Virus record (IMG/VR): IMGVR_UViG_3300033076_001576
Location: 1-48,433 of that record
Strand: one strand, 5' to 3'
Length of the DNA: 48,433 nucleotides
DNA from: a virus
Taxonomy: Duplodnaviria > Caudoviricetes
In this document: positions 45,298-48,433 of the stretch, piece after piece
Position numbering within the stretch: the first letter of the stretch is position 1
How the letters are laid out: every line of letters begins with the position of its first letter
The notes under the pieces: generated by a model
Told to the model about the DNA's origin: nothing
The model's database searches: none
The model's input: the letters and a program-made list of their open reading frames with translations, nothing else
Translations under genes and position numbers: made by a program

Positions 45298-45344
45298 ACC
45301 GGGGATAATTGGGGGATTATACCCGGGAGAATATAAAGAGCCAA
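45298..45344 (-). promoter_or_regulatory. 30-bp palindromic element, copy 5 (45298-45327), embedded in a sigma70-like promoter for the virion operon
   Basis: Minus strand TTGGCT-17 nt-TATAAT, with CCCGGGTATAAT-CCCCCA-ATTATCCCCGGT. Confidence 0.72.
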
Positions 45345-45415
45345 AAAAATATCTTGGGGCATTTGCCCCCCATCCCACCCGAGGATTTTTGCCCCTTGCC
45401 CCCACGATTCCTGGG

Positions 45416-45472
45416 TGGTTAGTGAGCGCCCACGCACATGTGGGGGTGGCGGGCTGGTTAGTGCGTGCCCAC
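45416..45472. repeat. imperfect 18-bp direct repeat
   Basis: TGGTTAGTGAGCGCCCAC (45416-45433) and TGGTTAGTGCGTGCCCAC (45455-45472). Confidence 0.65.
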
Positions 45473-45863
45473 ATCCCAAGCGCGCGCACCAATTTGGGGA
45501 ACGAATCTTTACAATGTAACTGGGGAACCAATGACGACTGGGGGAGTCGAACACCACATGGATGCGACGAACGACTCGAACAGGGCGACGAATCCGGGTT
45601 AACACCTAGAAACTATCCCATTCGGCGTGAGTCAAACCATCATCGGGCCGGCGACAATCATGGGGTAACCTGTGGTTCCCGTCGGGAGAACCCTGCCCCG
45701 TGATCCGGGGGCATAACAAATACACATCTGCCCGCGTACCGAGGGCGTTAAAATACGGCACCGCCACCCTCGCGTAATGGCCGGGCGCGGAACAGTGGGC
45801 ATCCTTCGGATTGTCCCCCCGAGCGCGTCGCATGTCGCGGCCGTCGAAACGAGGGGAAATGTG

Positions 45864-46070
45864 ATGATTGGAATGAAGCGATTCTACGCGAAGGCCGGCG
45901 AACTGCTGCTGACGGTGCATCATACCGTCGGCGAGGCACCTCGTCGCGCATTCGTGGTAGAATTCCAATACGAGCGTGGCTGGGCCAAGTACGATGGGCG
46001 GGAATGGACCCGTCACATCTATGCGCCCGAGGAACAGCAGCGCATCGACCGCGAGCGCGCGACCGTCTAA
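45864..46070 (+). CDS. hypothetical early protein
   Basis: GAGGGG RBS; MIGMKRFYAK...; followed by a UUCG hairpin at 46077-46092. Confidence 0.6.
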   Translation: MIGMKRFYAKAGELLLTVHHTVGEAPRRAFVVEFQYERGWAKYDGREWTRHIYAPEEQQRIDRERATV

Positions 46071-46172
46071 TCGAGTCGCCCCTTCGGGGGCGCTCGGGAG
46101 GGCAATTCGACCCCCAGCCCAGGTATTCCACCGAATCGGGGGCATACGCGCGAGAGCGCATGTGAGGGTGAT

Positions 46173-46736
46173 ATGAGCCAAGTGGAAAAGGAAACGAACC
46201 GCCTCGCGAAGGCCAAGTGGACCGACACGGGCATCCTCGAAATCACGTTCAGCAATGGCGTGGTGGAGAAGTTCGACCCGCGCCTCACCACGGTGAGCAT
46301 CCAGACCGAAGCCCTGCGGTACGGCTTCGGCGTCAGGTTCCAGCGCCTCGGCTCGCTCGAGGTGAAGGACTTCCCGACGGTGCAACTCCGCATGGAAGAA
46401 TACCATCGCCGGGTGAAGGAACTCCGGGAACACTACTACTCGGGCACCGACTCGTGGGACATCCCCAGCCGGTCTGGCTCGGGCAGCGCGATCTCGGAGG
46501 CGGATCTCACGGAGTGCATCGACAGGTGCTATCCCGGGAAGGGTCAGCAGCTGTTCAACGCGTCCCTGGCGAAGAACGGCGGCGACCTGCCGAAGACCCG
46601 GGAGATGTGGTTGACGACCAAGCAGATCGCGACGGCCTGGGCGAAGTTGCAAGCCGAACGCCGCGAGACGCGGGCGGCGGGTCTGGGCGATGCGGATGCG
46701 ATGGTCCAGGCGATGCTGGAAGCGGCCGGGCAGTAG
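46173..46736 (+). CDS. hypothetical protein; paralogue of 5367..6035
   Basis: GAGG RBS; F.NG...YG...G.DSW...GDADAMV. Confidence 0.82.
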   Translation: MSQVEKETNRLAKAKWTDTGILEITFSNGVVEKFDPRLTTVSIQTEALRYGFGVRFQRLGSLEVKDFPTVQLRMEEYHRRVKELREHYYSGTDSWDIPSRSGSGSAISEADLTECIDRCYPGKGQQLFNASLAKNGGDLPKTREMWLTTKQIATAWAKLQAERRETRAAGLGDADAMVQAMLEAAGQ

Positions 46737-46803
46737 CCGGTCTGGGGGACAATCCGAAGGGTGCCAGGGGCGCGGGCGGCGTGGGGCCTGCCCCAAAGGG
46801 GTT

Positions 46804-47082
46804 ATTTATACCCCCGGGGCGACGTCGACCACCACCACCACCACCGTCCCCCCCCCCCATTCCATACCCCCAGGTGATTATCCTCCCTTGTGTAATCCCC
46901 TTAAATCCCCCCTCATTTCTTATTCCCTTTCTTATTTTTTTTTTCCTTAGAAGATAGAGATAGGGAGGGAGGGGAATGGGAAGGGAGGAGAGAGGAGGGG
47001 AATAGAAAAGACCTGGACGCTCGGGGATAACCCGGATGGGTGTGGTGGTGGTGGTCGTCGATGTGGCCGCCGGGGTATAAAT
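46804..47082. repeat. long imperfect inverted repeat enclosing a pyrimidine-to-purine tract switch (candidate origin or terminus)
   Basis: Arms ATTTATACCCCCGGGGCGACGTCGACCACCACCACCACCAC and GTGTGGTGGTGGTGGTCGTCGATGTGGCCGCCGGGGTATAAAT; C/T tract 46847-46948, then A/G tract 46949-47010. Confidence 0.8.
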
Positions 47083-47171
47083 CCCGCCTCATCCCCTCAG
47101 TCGGCAATCCCGCCGGCTCTCGAAAGCAGGTGAGACGAAGAACCGCGAAGGGGGAATGATGATGACGGGCG

Positions 47172-47201
47172 CCCGGGTATAATCGGGGGATTGTACCCGG
47201 G
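47172..47201 (+). promoter_or_regulatory. 30-bp palindromic element, copy 6
   Basis: CCCGGGTATAAT-CGGGGG-ATTGTACCCGGG. Confidence 0.8.
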
Positions 47202-47379
47202 TTCCGACAACAGTAATTACATTCCTGCGGAACCCGCCGGGCGAGGGAGACTCTAACACACACGAGCCCCGCGATGGGCGCCGACGAGCCGGCGACGATC
47301 AGAGGAAAACCCCTATCGGGGGCTTCCCTCTGCTCGGCAATCCCGCCGAGCAGGTAACCGAAAGAAAGGGGCACTCCCC

Positions 47380-47664
47380 ATGATTTGCGGAACGATCGTC
47401 TTGGAGGACTCGATTCTCCACTTCAGGATGGACCCGAGCGAGGCGGCAGGCGAAGCGTCTGTCCACCTGCGAGTTTGCGATGCGCTGAGCGGGCAAGAGC
47501 ACGAAGCGCGCGTCACCTCCCGCGCATTCGCCGCCTCCATTGCGCTGGCGCTCGACAACGAGGGGATGGACGGCACCCAGATGTGCGCGGCCCTGTACGC
47601 GTTGGCCGAGCCGATTCAGCCGGCTTGCGATTCCGCAGGCAACGGCTTGCGATGGATTCCCTAG
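47380..47664 (+). CDS. hypothetical protein
   Basis: AAGGGG RBS, 94 aa. Confidence 0.55.
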   Translation: MICGTIVLEDSILHFRMDPSEAAGEASVHLRVCDALSGQEHEARVTSRAFAASIALALDNEGMDGTQMCAALYALAEPIQPACDSAGNGLRWIP

Positions 47665-47786
47665 CACGCCGCTCGCCCAAGTAACGAGCCCCGCGCGTAA
47701 AGGGAGCGAGTCTCCCTTTACCGAGTGGCTTGAAAAGCTTCTCCCGAACGGCAGCCGGATTGCCGCCGAACCAAAGGAGATCTGAA

Positions 47787-47906
47787 ATGAAGACCCAGAA
47801 CAAGCACCTCCCCCGCGCACGCAAGCCAGGGAAGAAGCAGCCCGCCGGCTCCAAGCTGGCGAAGAAGGTCGCCGACAAGCGGGTTGGACTGGGGCACCCG
47901 CGATGA
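47787..47906 (+). CDS. small basic peptide (39 aa)
   Basis: AAGGAG RBS; MKTQNKHLPRARKPGKKQPAGSKLAKK... Confidence 0.6.
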   Translation: MKTQNKHLPRARKPGKKQPAGSKLAKKVADKRVGLGHPR

Positions 47907-48082
47907 GCATCGGCCGCCACACATACTGGCTGATTGTGTATCTCCCCGATGGGGAGGCGATCACGCCCCCGGAAGACCGCCGGCTCGCGCTTCGCTTTGT
48001 CACCGCCGAGGATGCGGAGCGGTACATGCAGACGAGGAAGCTCGACAAGGACTTCTATCTCGTCGTGAAGGTCCCCGCGTAA
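47903..48082 (+). CDS. small hypothetical protein (59 aa)
   Basis: ATGA coupling; MSIGRHTYWLIVYLPDGE... Confidence 0.6.
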   Translation: MSIGRHTYWLIVYLPDGEAITPPEDRRLALRFVTAEDAERYMQTRKLDKDFYLVVKVPA

Positions 48083-48178
48083 GACCCTTCCTCTCAGCAG
48101 CTTCACCCGAGGCTGCTGCAAGGAAGCGTTTCTCGCTTTCCCGCAACCGAGCGGTTTCTCGGAAAGGAGCCCCCACAA

Positions 48179-48433
48179 ATGGGCGAAATCTTTGCGCTCA
48201 CGCGCATCATCAGACTGAAAGACTCACCTCGTCTGCACGAGGTGGTTGAAAACCTCGGAGCCCTGCGGGGTACGCAGAACGTGGAGGTGGCGATGAAAGT
48301 CGCAGCCGCACTGATGAACTTCACGGAGTTCGAGGTGCTGCTGGAAGTTCGCGGCGACCGCGAGCTGCTTTCGCTGGCCGAATCGCTCGAGCAGAGCCTG
48401 TTCAACAACCTGGTTTCCGCCGTCGAGATTCTT
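48179..48433 (+). CDS. 5' part of hypothetical protein continuing into 1..87
   Basis: AAGGAG RBS; 85 codons with no stop up to the window end. Confidence 0.75.
   Translation, partial: MGEIFALTRIIRLKDSPRLHEVVENLGALRGTQNVEVAMKVAAALMNFTEFEVLLEVRGDRELLSLAESLEQSLFNNLVSAVEIL

Larger units (their letters stand above)
45798..46765. repeat. 22-bp inverted repeats flanking two genes
   Basis: GGCATCCTTCGGATTGTCCCCC (45798-45819) vs GGGGGACAATCCGAAGGGTGCC (46744-46765); 21/22 complementary. Confidence 0.8.
1..48433. mobile_element. Apparently complete dsDNA tailed phage genome (podovirus-like, circularly permuted), probably lytic
   Basis: Terminase, portal, capsid, P22-like tail and ejection genes on the - strand; replication genes on the + strand. 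The ORF starting at 48179 reads in frame across the end/start junction. No host housekeeping genes or integrase seen. Confidence 0.93.

Noticed and set aside
46077-46092. Intrinsic terminator (CGCCCC-TTCG-GGGGCG)
   Set aside because: A stable hairpin but no U tract; more likely a stabilising or processing stem.
47099-47170. Hammerhead ribozyme (CGAAA and TGATGA nearby)
   Set aside because: No CUGANGA core in the right order with three closing helices.
1-48433. Prophage/temperate lifestyle
   Set aside because: No integrase, att-flanked host genes or CI/Cro pair recognised. The ParB domain is fused to an MTase and no ParA is evident.

Overview
The window looks like one complete, circularly permuted genome of a GC-rich, short-tailed (podovirus-type) dsDNA phage. 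An ORF running off the right end (from 48179) continues in frame into positions 1-87. No integrase is visible. The + strand (about 45.8 kb through the junction to 18.0 kb) carries early and replication genes: small ORFs, a PNK-type 3'-phosphatase, a Ro60/TROVE-vWA protein, a Cas4-like nuclease/AAA ATPase/SSB-like recombination trio, a ParB-DNA methyltransferase fusion, a DEDD exonuclease, a UDG-family A DNA polymerase fusion, and SLOG and DUF3987 proteins. The - strand (45.2 kb down to 18.0 kb) carries virion genes: terS, a fibre-like cassette, terL, portal, GroES-like protein, scaffold, capsid, P22-like tail proteins, ejection proteins and a tail fibre. The main discovery is at 1958-2300, between the 3'-phosphatase and Ro60 genes. 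It is a tandem array of four Y RNA-like stem-loops that share a covarying scaffold (stem-WACT-stem-ATACAYG...AAA...stem-GACTY-stem) and carry different inserts. The fourth insert is a circularly permuted tRNA mimic that keeps an anticodon arm (UUC). Other notable features are a 30-bp TATAAT-containing palindrome present six times, a roughly 280-bp inverted-repeat/purine-pyrimidine switch element, and non-canonical polymerase motifs. Family assignments come from motif recognition by eye; no database searches were run.
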